This document shows positions 10,555 through 22,247 of a stretch of DNA of 64,000 nucleotides, piece by piece. The DNA lies in NCBI GenBank assembly GCA_000091205.1, contig AP006493.2, one strand, 5' to 3'. Both the position numbers and the translations under genes were made by a program. Position 1 is the first letter of the stretch. Each line of letters starts with the position of its first letter. Below the pieces are notes generated by a model. That model had not been told where the DNA came from, did no database searches, and was given only the letters and a program-made list of their open reading frames with translations. The stretch is from Cyanidioschyzon merolae. Taxonomy: Eukaryota.

Positions 10555-11715
10555 TTGAGCTTCATGAGAGAACCTCCGGTGGTTGCTCGCGATGGCAGTC
10601 TGTTCGATCCCAACAAAGAGCAAGAACGGGTGCGCATTCGGAAAACTTTGCACAGGATCGACGAAGTCTCGTTTGAAGTTTCAGGAGTGGACGCTCCGTT
10701 CTTAAACGCCTTGCGGCGCGTTCTACTTGCGGAGGTGCCGACAATGGCTATAGAATACGTTACAGTTAACGAAAACTCTACTGTCATGAACGACGAGTTC
10801 CTAGCCCACAGATTAGGCCTTGTTCCTGTGCTCGCTGACCCGCGGCGCTTCGAGTTTCGACGGGAGTCAGACGAACCAAGCGCGCAAAATACGATTTGCT
10901 TTCGCCTTCGAGTACCACCAGTGAATCGAAAGGCCCATCCAGAGTGGAACTTGAGTGACGGGGCAGTTTTCGCGGGGGACGATGCAGTTCCCTCTATTCC
11001 AGTCTACAGCGATGACATCATCTGGGAGCAGCTGCAAACTAGAGTTGGAGAGTCGTGTCTTTCATCGACAGAAGGCGCCTCGCCTCATCGTTCTTCGAGT
11101 GACGCTCAGCAGCAAGCGGAAGCAACCGATGGGCTTGCTTCAGCTGCAGACAGCACAGCAGCTGTTGAGCCCGTTCAGGTACAACGAGGAATTCTGCTCA
11201 CCAAAATGCTCAGGGGGCAACGGCTCGACATAAGAATGGAGGCTGTGAAAGGTCTGGGGCATGACCACGCGAAGTGGTCACCTGTCGCTACTGCATATTA
11301 TAAAATGGTCCCTCGAGTACACCTTAAGGGTGAATTGAAAGGCGAACTTGCCGAAACAATTCGTGGCGCATGCGCAGTACACGTTTTTGACATCGAGGAA
11401 TCTGCGGGTACCCTCAAAGTTGAGGACGAATCACGATGCACTCTCTGCGGGGAATGTGTACGCATTCTTGAAGACAAACCTCAGCTCTTGGACTCAGAAC
11501 GTCCAGACAATTACTCGAAGTTTATGCAACCGATGGAAACGGACCTGCGAAAGGTTTACGAAAACGATTTCGTTAGTGTGTGCCAACAGACGGATCGCTT
11601 CGTATTCTTTATCGAGTCTGTTGGGCAGTATCGGGCGGACGTACTTTTCGGTGAAGCGCTTGCAATATTTCACTCCAAATGCACCAAGATTTTGGAAGCT
11701 TTACAGAACGAGTGA
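10555..11715 (+). CDS. RPAC1: DNA-directed RNA polymerase I/III subunit AC40 (RPAC1; Rpb3/RpoA-like)
   Basis: Dimerisation-domain signature FLNALRRVLLAEVPTMAIEYV. A Cys cluster CTLCGECVRILED. 386 aa, the right size for AC40. Confidence 0.8.
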   Translation: MSFMREPPVVARDGSLFDPNKEQERVRIRKTLHRIDEVSFEVSGVDAPFLNALRRVLLAEVPTMAIEYVTVNENSTVMNDEFLAHRLGLVPVLADPRRFEFRRESDEPSAQNTICFRLRVPPVNRKAHPEWNLSDGAVFAGDDAVPSIPVYSDDIIWEQLQTRVGESCLSSTEGASPHRSSSDAQQQAEATDGLASAADSTAAVEPVQVQRGILLTKMLRGQRLDIRMEAVKGLGHDHAKWSPVATAYYKMVPRVHLKGELKGELAETIRGACAVHVFDIEESAGTLKVEDESRCTLCGECVRILEDKPQLLDSERPDNYSKFMQPMETDLRKVYENDFVSVCQQTDRFVFFIESVGQYRADVLFGEALAIFHSKCTKILEALQNE

Positions 11716-14287
11716 GGGTCCGGTATATGCTGATTGTTTGAGGCGATTTTTGGAGTAACGAAACCAGCCTTGTCGGAACGGATCGTATCCGAGAGGAGCT
11801 GCTGCGCGAGGGCTCAAACGATGCATACAGGTTCCTGTAGATGGTACATTTGCGCAGTGAACACCGTTTTCCTGGGGCGCATGTACGCCTGCAGAAGATC
11901 CACTTGAAAAATCAGAAGTTATGTACGCGAAGAGCTAACATGCGGAAGAGCAGTTCCGTTGTTTCTCAACCTCTGTGCGTCTGGGACATGCGAACGTTAA
12001 ACTTACTGAGCTTGCGTAAAGTGCCGCATGAAGAGCTGCGAAAATGACAAGACCATGCATACTGTCGTGAGCGCGGTGGACGCGATTGGCCACCTCTGGA
12101 CAATCTGTAGCGGAGTTGGGTGCGCTATCCTGCACTTGTATGGATTAGCACAGCGAACTTGGTGAAAAGGTGTTGTTCTTCAGTGGAAAGGCAGCCGCTT
12201 TACGCTCGCGCAGGGAATTCATCGACGAATCGTGGATGCGGTTCATGTGGTGAAAAGTTCCCGCCGAGAGTGGGAAATGATGATACTTTATGTTTTCGCG
12301 GAAGCTCCATCGAAGGAGAGAGGATTCATGCAGCAGTCGATCATCGATCGAGATCACACAACAGGCATTTGGAGATCGCTTAAAACTACTCAATATGGTT
12401 AACGGCACCAGAGTTTTCCAAAAATGTGCGAGCAAGAAGCAGCGTGATCCTGAAAGGGATAAGAGTAAAAGCCTTTGTGCCGAGCTTCAGGGTGCACTGG
12501 AAGCGATCCACATCGGTTGCATGGCATGTTGTTTAGGAGTTCAGCATCGAGCTCACTGCTACCGGCGACAACTCAGGCTGGATTTGTACTCAAGAGCCGT
12601 CCATAATGTAAACGCTCAATGGAGCGAAACTGTCTCACAACCATAGTGTAAATTAATACCTACCCACAGACGCCACGCAGCCTTTTTGACCAGCCGTATG
12701 CTATCTGTTACAGCTGCTGCTTGTACATCTCCAGCCTGAGAGGCTGCCCCACAAAGTTCGATAGTGTCTGATCCTTGGATCTCGTCTTCAGCAATCCACA
12801 TCGTCTGATGTTGACGGCGGTGTTGAAGTCTCGGTTTTACGGACTACATGCGTTTATTGCATCTGGTTGAGCTCATCAATGCAAGGATTCCCAGAACTCG
12901 CACCCTCTGGCCCACAGCAGCCTCTTCGTCGTCCCGTCGGGCATACACCTTTTTTTCTATGTCCCTTCTTTTTCGCATTCTTCTTTTTCACTTGCTTTTC
13001 GTCGTTAACTGGTCGGCAAGCTGCGGATGTTTTCACATTTTCCGGCAGCCGGCAATGGCGGAGCTCTAGGATGCCTCACTTCAATGCCAGTACCTTTCCC
13101 CTGGATTTTTTATTTCCTCAAATGAAAGCAGTTCTTTACGACCTTAAACGAGAGAGTTTCCAGAGGGAGACGGAATTGCAGAAGAAAGACGAAATGTGTT
13201 CCAGTCTGCCACCGTATACTGACCGCTTCAGCGATTCGCTCTGGAAAGCGACTGTTAAGTTTTGCGACAAAAGACCCTTCTTCGATATGGTCAAATCGTC
13301 GAGTCCACGCAGGAATGAAAAGCAGTTCTCCCCCAGTAGAATCCGCAAATGCTCAAACGCAAGAGGAACCGTGAAATGCAGCGTTGTCCGATAGACGGAC
13401 GTCGCCAGACGGCAGCGGAAAGTGTTTAGTTATTCGAAGATGTGGTTGGTACTGCTGGATGAGCCTTCTCTATGAGTGAAACTGATGCCACCAAATGAAT
13501 CCACTGCAGCGAGAACCGATGATGGCGCCCTTTTCTTAGAGTTCAGTCGAACATTCAACGGGCTACCGCTCCGCGAATTCCCATACATGCTCCGAAATTT
13601 TCGTCCGAAACACTCCTCATAGACTGAAAAAAAACCAACGTGCCGCTGCTTCATATCGATAGAACCTTTCCTGGAACTTTGTTGTAGTAGCGATTTCGGT
13701 AGACGCTGGCCGTGGATGAACTAGGACTCCTGTTTTGCGACTGAATCCCAGTGTTTTCAGCACAATATGAACAAGTTGTTGAGAGACAGAGACGCTCTTG
13801 GTGGCTAATATAGTTTCTTTCAGCTCCCGTAAGGTGATCAACAGCTCGTTTTCTATCTTTGACAGCAAGCAGTTCTCAGTAATATCGGTACTGGGCGCGG
13901 GTTGCATATACGTGTTTCTTTCTGTGCTCCTCAAGCACCTGCGTATTGTTATATCACTGAATTTAAGAAGGAAAACAGTCCTCGTCGCTCTGTTGAGCAA
14001 AGCATATGTCCTGCGAACAATTCGTGTATGGTATATAGAGTGCATTGCATCGTGATTTCGATTTCCTGATATACACTGCGAAATAATATTCTGTCACACT
14101 CAGCGGGGGCGGAATAAAACTCAGCAGAACGTTTATAAGGCTTGCAGATTCAGAAATGGGTTTTATGAAGCACTCTTGACGATGTCACAGACAGTCACTT
14201 TGTTCTCCAGGTTCGCACGGTTGAGCACTCGACATGCACCACAGAGATAATGAGCTAACTAGATACGTCACGAGGTTGCGGTTTGCC

Positions 14288-14866
14288 CTATTCATAAACC
14301 CAACGAGCAACCGCAGGATCCCAGTCCACGAGCTCGTGCTCAGTGAACCAAAGTTGGATTTCGCGCTCAGCAGTCGTCACGGCGTCAGAGCTGTGAACAA
14401 CATTGCGACCTATATCAATTCCATATCTTCCCCGTATCGTACCTGGTTCACTTTCGAGCGGATTCGTGGCTCCAAGGAGTTTCCGAGCAGTACGAACGAC
14501 ATCTTTGCCTTCCCAGCACATGGCCACAACAGGGCCAGAAGAAATGAAATCAACAAGGTCGGGAAAGAATGGCTTATCACGCAGTTCGGAGTAGTGATTC
14601 TCCGCAAGCTTCCTATCGGGGAGTACCAACTTCAAACCAACAAGCTTATAACCCTTTCGTTCGAAAATGCTGATAATTTCGCCGACCAGGCCCCTGTGAA
14701 CAGCGTCCGGCTTTATCGCTGTGAAAGTCCGTTCTCGACGGTTCATCACGAGGAACTTCCCTAGCCTTAGTTGAGACGGTTGCACCGATATTTGGTTTCG
14801 TTTGCAACATACTGTCGAGGTTACGCTGTTTTCGCGAAGAGAGAAACCTAAAGAAGGAACGAACAT
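14288..14866 (-). CDS. NDK: Nucleoside diphosphate kinase with a short N-terminal extension. An alternative start is the ATG at 14746 (MNRRERTF).
   Basis: [35 protein letters not shown], then the active-site region [20 protein letters not shown], which matches the NDK motif N-x-x-H-G-S-D with G replaced by S. Confidence 0.85.
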   Translation of the reverse strand: MFVPSLGFSLRENSVTSTVCCKRNQISVQPSQLRLGKFLVMNRRERTFTAIKPDAVHRGLVGEIISIFERKGYKLVGLKLVLPDRKLAENHYSELRDKPFFPDLVDFISSGPVVAMCWEGKDVVRTARKLLGATNPLESEPGTIRGRYGIDIGRNVVHSSDAVTTAEREIQLWFTEHELVDWDPAVARWVYE

Positions 14867-17800
14867 TGCTGCTAAAGAGACCCGAGCGCAAGCTGAAAAG
14901 TGTGTGCCGTCGCATTTATGGCTGCACCGATTGACGTGCGTCGTTACAGAGCGCGTCGCTGGGATCTGCGACTCCTGCCAGCGCTAGGGCATAGATGGCG
15001 TACTATGCCAAGCCATCATCCTACATTCAGTACGCGCAGGGCACCATGAGAAGCTAAAAAACTGCGTATAGAATAAAGGCCTAATATGCGGCCCTATAAT
15101 CCAGCGTGCAGTACGAATAGGGCAGCACGGGAGGCTATCATCCTGTGTAAGTTTGCATGGATTAGCATTTGAAGCGACCGTCCAGCGTGACCAGAGAGCG
15201 CGTTCCGCCGCCAGTACTATACGTAAGCGCATCAAAAGCGCTGCGTGCAGGGCCACCACCCGACTCCATAACGAGGACACTGCCTGTGGCATGGAGTTGT
15301 CGGGAAAAAATGTCTGTCGCTGCGAGGCTGCATTCGCTGCACAGAGCCGGGACAGTCGGGAATGTTGCTCACGTGATTGGCATTTGCGAAACTCGTGTCA
15401 CTGGAACTGGCCTTAACTTCGATTCTATGAAGACAACCTGGGAATGGCGTCGGTGAAGATGTGATCCTCTGGTACGGAATGGAAGCTACTCCAGGTCGCA
15501 TTCTCGGCTTGATGGGCGCCTCAGCCAATAGCGGGAGCCAATGTCGTTCAGAGTCCACTATGCGAGACTGGAGGTGGAGGCTCGAAATCCCATTTTGTGG
15601 GCGTGTGTGCGTTGCAGAAGTACGTTCCTCGAAATTTTCCGGGAAGTATATATACATATATCGAAAAAATGGATGAACAGAACGCCATTACCGTTCATCA
15701 GCTGCAAATGAAAATCGTTCCCTGTGTCTATCTAGGGCGCTCTAATATTTCTGGATGAGTAATCCGTACCGCACCAGTGCGTTGCTTCAGGCGTGCATGC
15801 AATGAATCTCTCCTAGTCACCAAACTATATTATCCAAAGTCTTCCGCTTTCCATGTAATGCGCTCATTGAGTACAACACAACTACATCACACATTCACTC
15901 GACACAAATCTGCTGGACGCGCTCGCACTTCTAGGAATCTACAGATGTTTATCGTGGCGTTCAAGTCTCGACGCGGAAACTGCTTGCACGCTTGGTTGGT
16001 GGTGAAAGCACACTGTAACGAGCCTCGAAACCTCGACTGCATCGACATCTGATGCTCGGAAAGCTTACCCTGCACAAGCTCGTGCATCCGCCTCCATCTC
16101 ACGCGTTTTTTCTCTGCCTGTTTCAGCGTGCACCTGTGCTCAGGATGCGTGTGCATCGTCCTGAGCAAATCGATGGTCATGATGAAGAATCAGTTCTCGC
16201 ACTAGTTGTAAGCTCCAGTCGAAGGAGCAGGACATCAGCATTGGAGTGTTCGCGCATGCTCAGCGCCATCGGCTGCTGCTGTAGGATGCGACTTATCTGT
16301 CAGTCGCTTTCCGACTCATGAGATAGACTGGCGAACGCATGCGTCCCGCCTCCGTACAGCCTGGCCCGCAGGCGGTCCTAACGCGGTCTCGAGTGTTCGT
16401 ACCGTACTTCGCCCGCATGAGTGATCTAGATACCAATGTACGCGCGTCATGAGGCGTCGAGGGGTGCTCCCTCTGTTCGATACGGTACTCAGGGCGTCTA
16501 GAAGGATCCTCACGCCGCATGCCGCTCGTCAATATGCCTCCTGCGGTCCATCATGCCCAACTCTCGATGACGCCCAGCCCCCGAACTGCTGAGCAGCCCG
16601 ATCCGCTTTCCGTTCGGTTCTTTTGGTCGTTTCTTCTCATTCTCAGGTGCGGCGACCGCGAGGAGGCCCTTCAACGCGGGATCCACACGCATCCCAAAGT
16701 GCGCCTCCTGTTCGACTCTATACGAGGGACAATGAGTCTCGCGTGCCCGACTCAGGCGTAGCCATCGGAAAATCTATGCAGATTGATATTCTGTCGGCCC
16801 CCATGGTTCCTCTAAGTTTCTCTCCATTTGCTCCGTGTGGATGAGAATTCTTGGACGCGCTCGCCAGACGCTCTTCACAAAGTTGCCTGTGTGCTTCCTA
16901 TTTGTGCGCAGACACCAGCAGCAGCTCACTGAAAACGCCATACACTACCGAGCTGGTTTGCGGTGATATGGTGGCCATGATCTGACTGTTGGGTACCGCA
17001 TCGAACAGACGCTCAAGGTAACTGGTGCGCTCGGACTCGCGACGGGATTCGGCGCTGCTCTGGCGCGCTTCGTTCAGGGACAGGTGCTGGCGTAAGGTAC
17101 ACGGAACGAAGGCATCGCGCTTCCACCATTATTCGGACGCAATGTCCGTGGGTGCGAATCTGAGAGCTACGCAGTGAGCTCGGACGATCTAGACTCACTA
17201 TCGCTCTGTTCATGACGTCTCCTACGAACTTGCAGCCAACTCGATGTCCTCCGACATTGGCGCCCCGTTGGCCTCCATCAACACCCCAAGAAAGCCTGCC
17301 ACCAATCGTCACTTTTGCGGTCCAGCGAGCAGCTGCCAGATCGCCCCCGGGATGCGTCTCTTGAAGCGCTCGACGTTGGCCGGCAAGCTGGTTCCGTTTT
17401 CGCTTCGCGGTTCGTTTGATGCTTTTCTGTACCAGCGCTGCAGATGTCCCGATCTTCCACGTCGTGCAGCTACTCGTCAAGGTATTCTGCGAAGCGGGTG
17501 AGCAAATCTCTGCTCCTGCAATCAGGCCGCATTCCAGCTCCGGTCCCGATTATCAGTTGCTTTGCCGTGCATAGGTTCGATCGGAATTTCCAGAGGAATC
17601 AGGACAGACGGGAGCCCCGCGACCGAAAGTCGTGCGAGTAGTTGTCTGAGGGGCTGCGTCAAGCCAAGGCACGCAAGATGAGTCTTGCCCGAAACAAGCT
17701 TCGCTTTCCGAATGCCGTCCAGCATCTCGCTTATTGGGGAATACTCTCCGTTGACGTGTTTCAGTAGGGTGGCCTCGACAATGATTTCAGAGTTTGCTGT

Positions 17801-18992
17801 CCGCTCGCGAAGATTTTTGGCCGTGTACCTACCCGTTCTTGTTGTGGAAGGATGTTCCTCTTCTTCGTCGGATGCGCGTTCCGCCTTCTCCATTTCCTGG
17901 CGGCGTGGTATCGATGCGGTGGCCAGTATTCATACCCGTTGTACTCTTTGAGGTTCATACGCTCCGTGTAATTGGTGGCACTGAAGCGTCCCTCTCATAA
18001 GTGTTTATCTACCACTCGCCAAATACCTCTTCATCACCGTCTCCATCGTGAGCACGCCCGCGCAGCCGAGAGAGCTTCTCCGATCCCGCACACACACACA
18101 CACTCGCACGAAAGGTGAATCCATGAAGTGCTCACGAGCAGGGTGAAGTGATGAACGAACTTGTCCGTTTCGCGATATGTAGGCGATCATGCAAATGAAG
18201 AGCCGCTTGGGGGATGCTACTCTCACCCTCACGTATATCTTCTACACGAACAGCGGTTTGCCGGCCTTCGAGTATCCATACACGGGTAGGCCAGCTTTCT
18301 AGAATGGCGTCTCATCGAGAGAGACGAAACCCCGTCGCTCTTGTAGCACGCGTTGGAGTTTCAATACGAAAGTGATAGTTTGTCGTTCATCACGCGATGC
18401 TCTCGCACACACGCGTGCTTTTTCTCTGCGGCAATCAAAAACTCTTCATCACCGTTCGTATCAACAGTACGGAAGCTTCAAATCCTCTGGCTTTTTTGGT
18501 AGTCTTTCTCAGAGAAGATATGGACTGGAATGGATTGGCGGAAGACAGACTCTCGTATAGATAGACTTTAATAAGATCTGTTTTAAATATATGGCGTTCA
18601 CGATACGGACAATGAGAGGGATCGATCATCCACCTGTTGACCTTATGTCATTGCCTGTTACAAAAAAAGGCCGATTTCGCAACCTAGGGATGACAGCATA
18701 AAAATATTCACGCCCTTTCTCGATTCGACAGGACTCGTTCTTTTTCTCGAATATCCTCGATACAAACAAACAATCAAGAAGAGAGTGCGCGCACAGATGT
18801 GTAGAATCCACTACTGTGCAGAAAACAGTAGTTCAGCGCAAATCGGTGAACTAAAGTGAATCTCTCGGCGACTGCGCTGTTCCGAGCAGTCTTCGTCGCA
18901 AATCAACCAGGATGATAGCGTGATATTTTCCTCAGGAGCACGTCGAATCGTTTCAGAAACGAGCAATGAACATAGGCGAAGGTGACACTTGT

Positions 18993-20258
18993 TTATATCT
19001 CAAGCATGGACTCCTCCGGTGGAGCCAAATCCTCGGCAACGAAGACGTCATCGTCGAATTCACGAGGCAGTGGAATTTTGGACATTCCTTCTCGAACAAG
19101 AACCTCCAACTGATTCGCAAGCTCGGTGTTATCCCTGAGACGCTGCTCTGCAGCACTGCGACCGTGGGCAAACTGCTCGCCATTAAGGGCATACCATGTG
19201 CCTTTCCGCACAATAATTCCAACATGCTCAGCCGCCTCAAGAAGGCTCCCTATCCTGTCAATGCCCTTGCCGAAAAGAATTTTGACGGACGCCACTCTAA
19301 ACGGCGGAGCAACTTTGTTCTTCGCGACTTTCACTTTGCAAATGATGCCAGAATTATCTTTCAGAGTTTCCTTGCGCCGAATATCGATACGAACCGTGGA
19401 GTAGTATTTGAGTGCGTTTCCTCCCGAGGTGACCTCCGGACTGCCGTAAAATACGCCGACTTTGACCCGCAGCTGATTGAGGAAGATAACTGTGCACTGC
19501 GATTTCGACATCGAGCCTGCAATTTTCCGCAGAGCCTTGGACATCAGTCGTGCTTGCAAGCCCATCTGGTTATCGTACATGTCGCCTTCTATCTCGGCCT
19601 TCGGCACCAATGCAGCCACTGAGTCAACAACAACCAGGTCAACTGCAGCGGATCGCACCAGCTGATCGACTATTTCCAAGGCCATCTCTCCGGTGTCCGG
19701 TTGGGAAACGAGCAAGTCGTCTGTGCAGCAGCCAAGCGCGGCCGCGTACTGCGGATCCAGCGCATGCTCCGCGTCGACGAAAGCCGCGACCCCGCCGCTT
19801 CTTTGAACCTCCGCAATTGCGTGCAGCGCCAGGGTTGTTTTCCCAGAAGACTCAGGTCCGTAGATTTCGACCAGACGACCTTTCGGGTAGCCGCCTCCCA
19901 GCGCAACATCGAGAGTTAACGAGCCAGAAGGTGTCGTTTCCACGCGCATCCGATCGACTTCGCCCAGACGCATGATAGACCCCCGGCCGTGAGTCTTTTC
20001 AATCTGGTCAAGAACCTGCTTCAGTGAATGCAGCTTTGCTGCAGCATCCTCCGAAATGCCGTTCCTGTTTGCAGGAGTGGCCAGTTCGTCCGAACTCGGC
20101 GTGAGTTCTGGTGAGCGACCATCGACTGCCTTTAGCGCAAGCGCTAAAAAGCCGGTGCTCTTGCGCGCAGTGACGCGCCCTCTAGAAACTGGCCCGGTGG
20201 CTCTTTTAAGTGCTTTTCCTCGCACGAAACACGGGTCGCCGGCGAGAGAGATAAACAT
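18993..20258 (-). CDS. recA: RecA recombinase (bacterial type) with an N-terminal presequence, i.e. an organelle-targeted RecA
   Basis: Near-colinear match to canonical RecA: GSIMRLGE, the Walker A motif [42 protein letters not shown] and KNKVAPPF. About 75 aa of basic, Ser/Ala/Arg-rich leader precede the core. Confidence 0.9.
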   Translation of the reverse strand: MFISLAGDPCFVRGKALKRATGPVSRGRVTARKSTGFLALALKAVDGRSPELTPSSDELATPANRNGISEDAAAKLHSLKQVLDQIEKTHGRGSIMRLGEVDRMRVETTPSGSLTLDVALGGGYPKGRLVEIYGPESSGKTTLALHAIAEVQRSGGVAAFVDAEHALDPQYAAALGCCTDDLLVSQPDTGEMALEIVDQLVRSAAVDLVVVDSVAALVPKAEIEGDMYDNQMGLQARLMSKALRKIAGSMSKSQCTVIFLNQLRVKVGVFYGSPEVTSGGNALKYYSTVRIDIRRKETLKDNSGIICKVKVAKNKVAPPFRVASVKILFGKGIDRIGSLLEAAEHVGIIVRKGTWYALNGEQFAHGRSAAEQRLRDNTELANQLEVLVREGMSKIPLPREFDDDVFVAEDLAPPEESMLEI

Positions 20259-20439
20259 GTTGAGCGACTTAACGATAAGAGTCTGAGCTCAAACCTACTG
20301 CGACTAAACGAATCGATCCACCTCCCGGCAGTTCGGCGACCGAAGCGCAGCAGAGGCGCTTGGAGATGCAATGTCCCGATGATCAAAGAGTTTCCATTTG
20401 TAGGCATAAATGTCAACTAGTCCAGGCGTTGCGGAACGC

Positions 20440-20935
20440 CCGCCGGGTTTTTTTTTGCCGATGCCGAAACGCTTTTATAAACCATCGATCCCAGATTGCC
20501 GGATGGATGGATTTTAGCTTTCGGGAAAGCGTCCATCATGCTGCCACACCAAGATCCATGACCTGTTCTCGGATGTAATGGTCTTTTTGTTCGTTCTATC
20601 GTGCACCCAGTACCTGGTTTGCCGCACCCGGCTTAACTCTTATATCTCGCTGGTGCCGATGCATCATGGAGACAGAGCGACTTTGCTGTGCCAGAGAGGG
20701 CATCGGCTAGAGGCGTGTTGCACTCGACACAGGATCGGAGAACACAAGCACTCTGGAAACCTGCAAGCTGTACATATAGCCCTGCTGTCTGTAGCAGCGC
20801 GAAGCTGTATGGTAGGAGTCTACTACGACTAGTGCAACGCCCAGGAAACGCTTTACGACTCCTAGTCCGAGAATAAACTGCGTTTCGAACGAGCTTCTCA
20901 GGTCTCTTCACAGCACTAGGCACTGGGAAACGTAT
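20440..20935 (-). mobile_element. SINE-like dispersed repeat, copy B
   Basis: Colinear with copy A (4022-4440), including ggtc-ttt-tgttcgttctatcgtg and gcaagct...gcagcgcgaagc...ctacgac. A T9 run at 20448-20456. Box-B-like cgttcgaaacg and box-A-like cctagtgctg on the minus strand near 20860-20930. Confidence 0.5.
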
Positions 20936-22247
20936 GTATCACTGGCCCGGAAGAGTCGTCCGGCTGCCTGGAGCTTTCCCCAAGAGCATAAACTATCGAG
21001 AATACGGAAACACTTTCACGTTTTTAACGTTTCCTGTAGTGGAGAAGTGAACTATTTTCGATCTGCCCTATGTGTAGGCCTCTGCCCGGAACATCGAATG
21101 CAGTGCACCGCGTGTATAGCCCTGTTTTAAAGGACACTGAGGAGACAAAAGCGAATGGCAAGTATGGTGTATTGAGCGCTGTCGACCGGCCGGAATGAAA
21201 TTTGAGGTCGAGTGTGGGAGCTATGGAGGGGATTCCTATCGCCAGCTGTTGCAAACTGGCAGCCGTAAGCGTTTCTAGTCAAGCACAGGGGCTCGTTTAT
21301 CGGTCGCTACCACCATAGCGTGAAAGCCTGCTGCAGATTCAAGTAGATACGGATTGAGGACTTGTCACTGGCGTGCGTCTCCACACCCGCTTTTCCAGGA
21401 GATCAGACTTCGTAAAAGAGGGCATTGTTTGGGCATACGAGTGCCGAGTGACTGAATGCGGGACCGCACGCCGTGCTCTCCTGGAGAGACCCTGAGTCTC
21501 AATGGTATCCATTTCGAAAGAACGTTCTGTTCTGGTCTGGAGCGCCCCGAGCGGCGCCCGTTTAGCTGTTGCTTCCGCGTTGGTCGAGACGCGTTTGCGG
21601 TAGTGCGGTCTACTGCTACAGCATCAATGGTATGGTGCTGTCACGCATGCAACTTGGAATCGTTTTAGCGATATTCACCTGAGCGGAAACTTGTCCCACG
21701 CAGAGTGGCCTGGCCATGGATATCGAGCGCAAAAACGCGATACGTCTAGCATGTTGGGCTGCCTTGCGAATTACCAATATTTTCTTGCCGTTTCGTGCCT
21801 CGGCGCTCTCATATAAGCAAATAGCACCCAATGCCTATGTGCGCCCACGCACAGTACGTAGTGATGCGTCCAGCCACACAAGTTGTGGCGACGTGCTGGT
21901 TCCATTTTGGGTAAAGGATCCTCATTGCTTTCCTTGTCTTGAAACATAGGACGTAATATGCGTGGTGCCGTGTCTCCAGAAGCACTCCAGTTCCTGTCAG
22001 CCGAGTATCGCGGTTTTCCTCATCTCAGAACATACGACGCGTGACGCGCTACACCTAGTCCGCTTCAAAGAAGCTTCGTCTTCCATCGTAACGAACGCAT
22101 GATTTTCTCATTCGTTTTGAAATCAATGCTCATGTGGAGATCTTCCACCTAGCCCATACAAAAGCGTTCTCGCTTTTAACAACGGCGAGCAAAAGCATAA
22201 CTGTATCTGTCTAGTCGCCAGAGAAATGGTGGACAGCAGCGAAGGCC

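Noticed and set aside
14234-14764. 176 aa ORF on the + strand
   Set aside because: Antisense to the nucleoside diphosphate kinase CDS.
18089-18103. (CA)7 microsatellite
   Set aside because: It is real but trivially short and not informative on its own.
18966-19622. 218 aa ORF on the + strand
   Set aside because: Entirely antisense to the strongly supported RecA CDS, with no recognisable motifs. It is a typical shadow ORF in GC-rich coding sequence.
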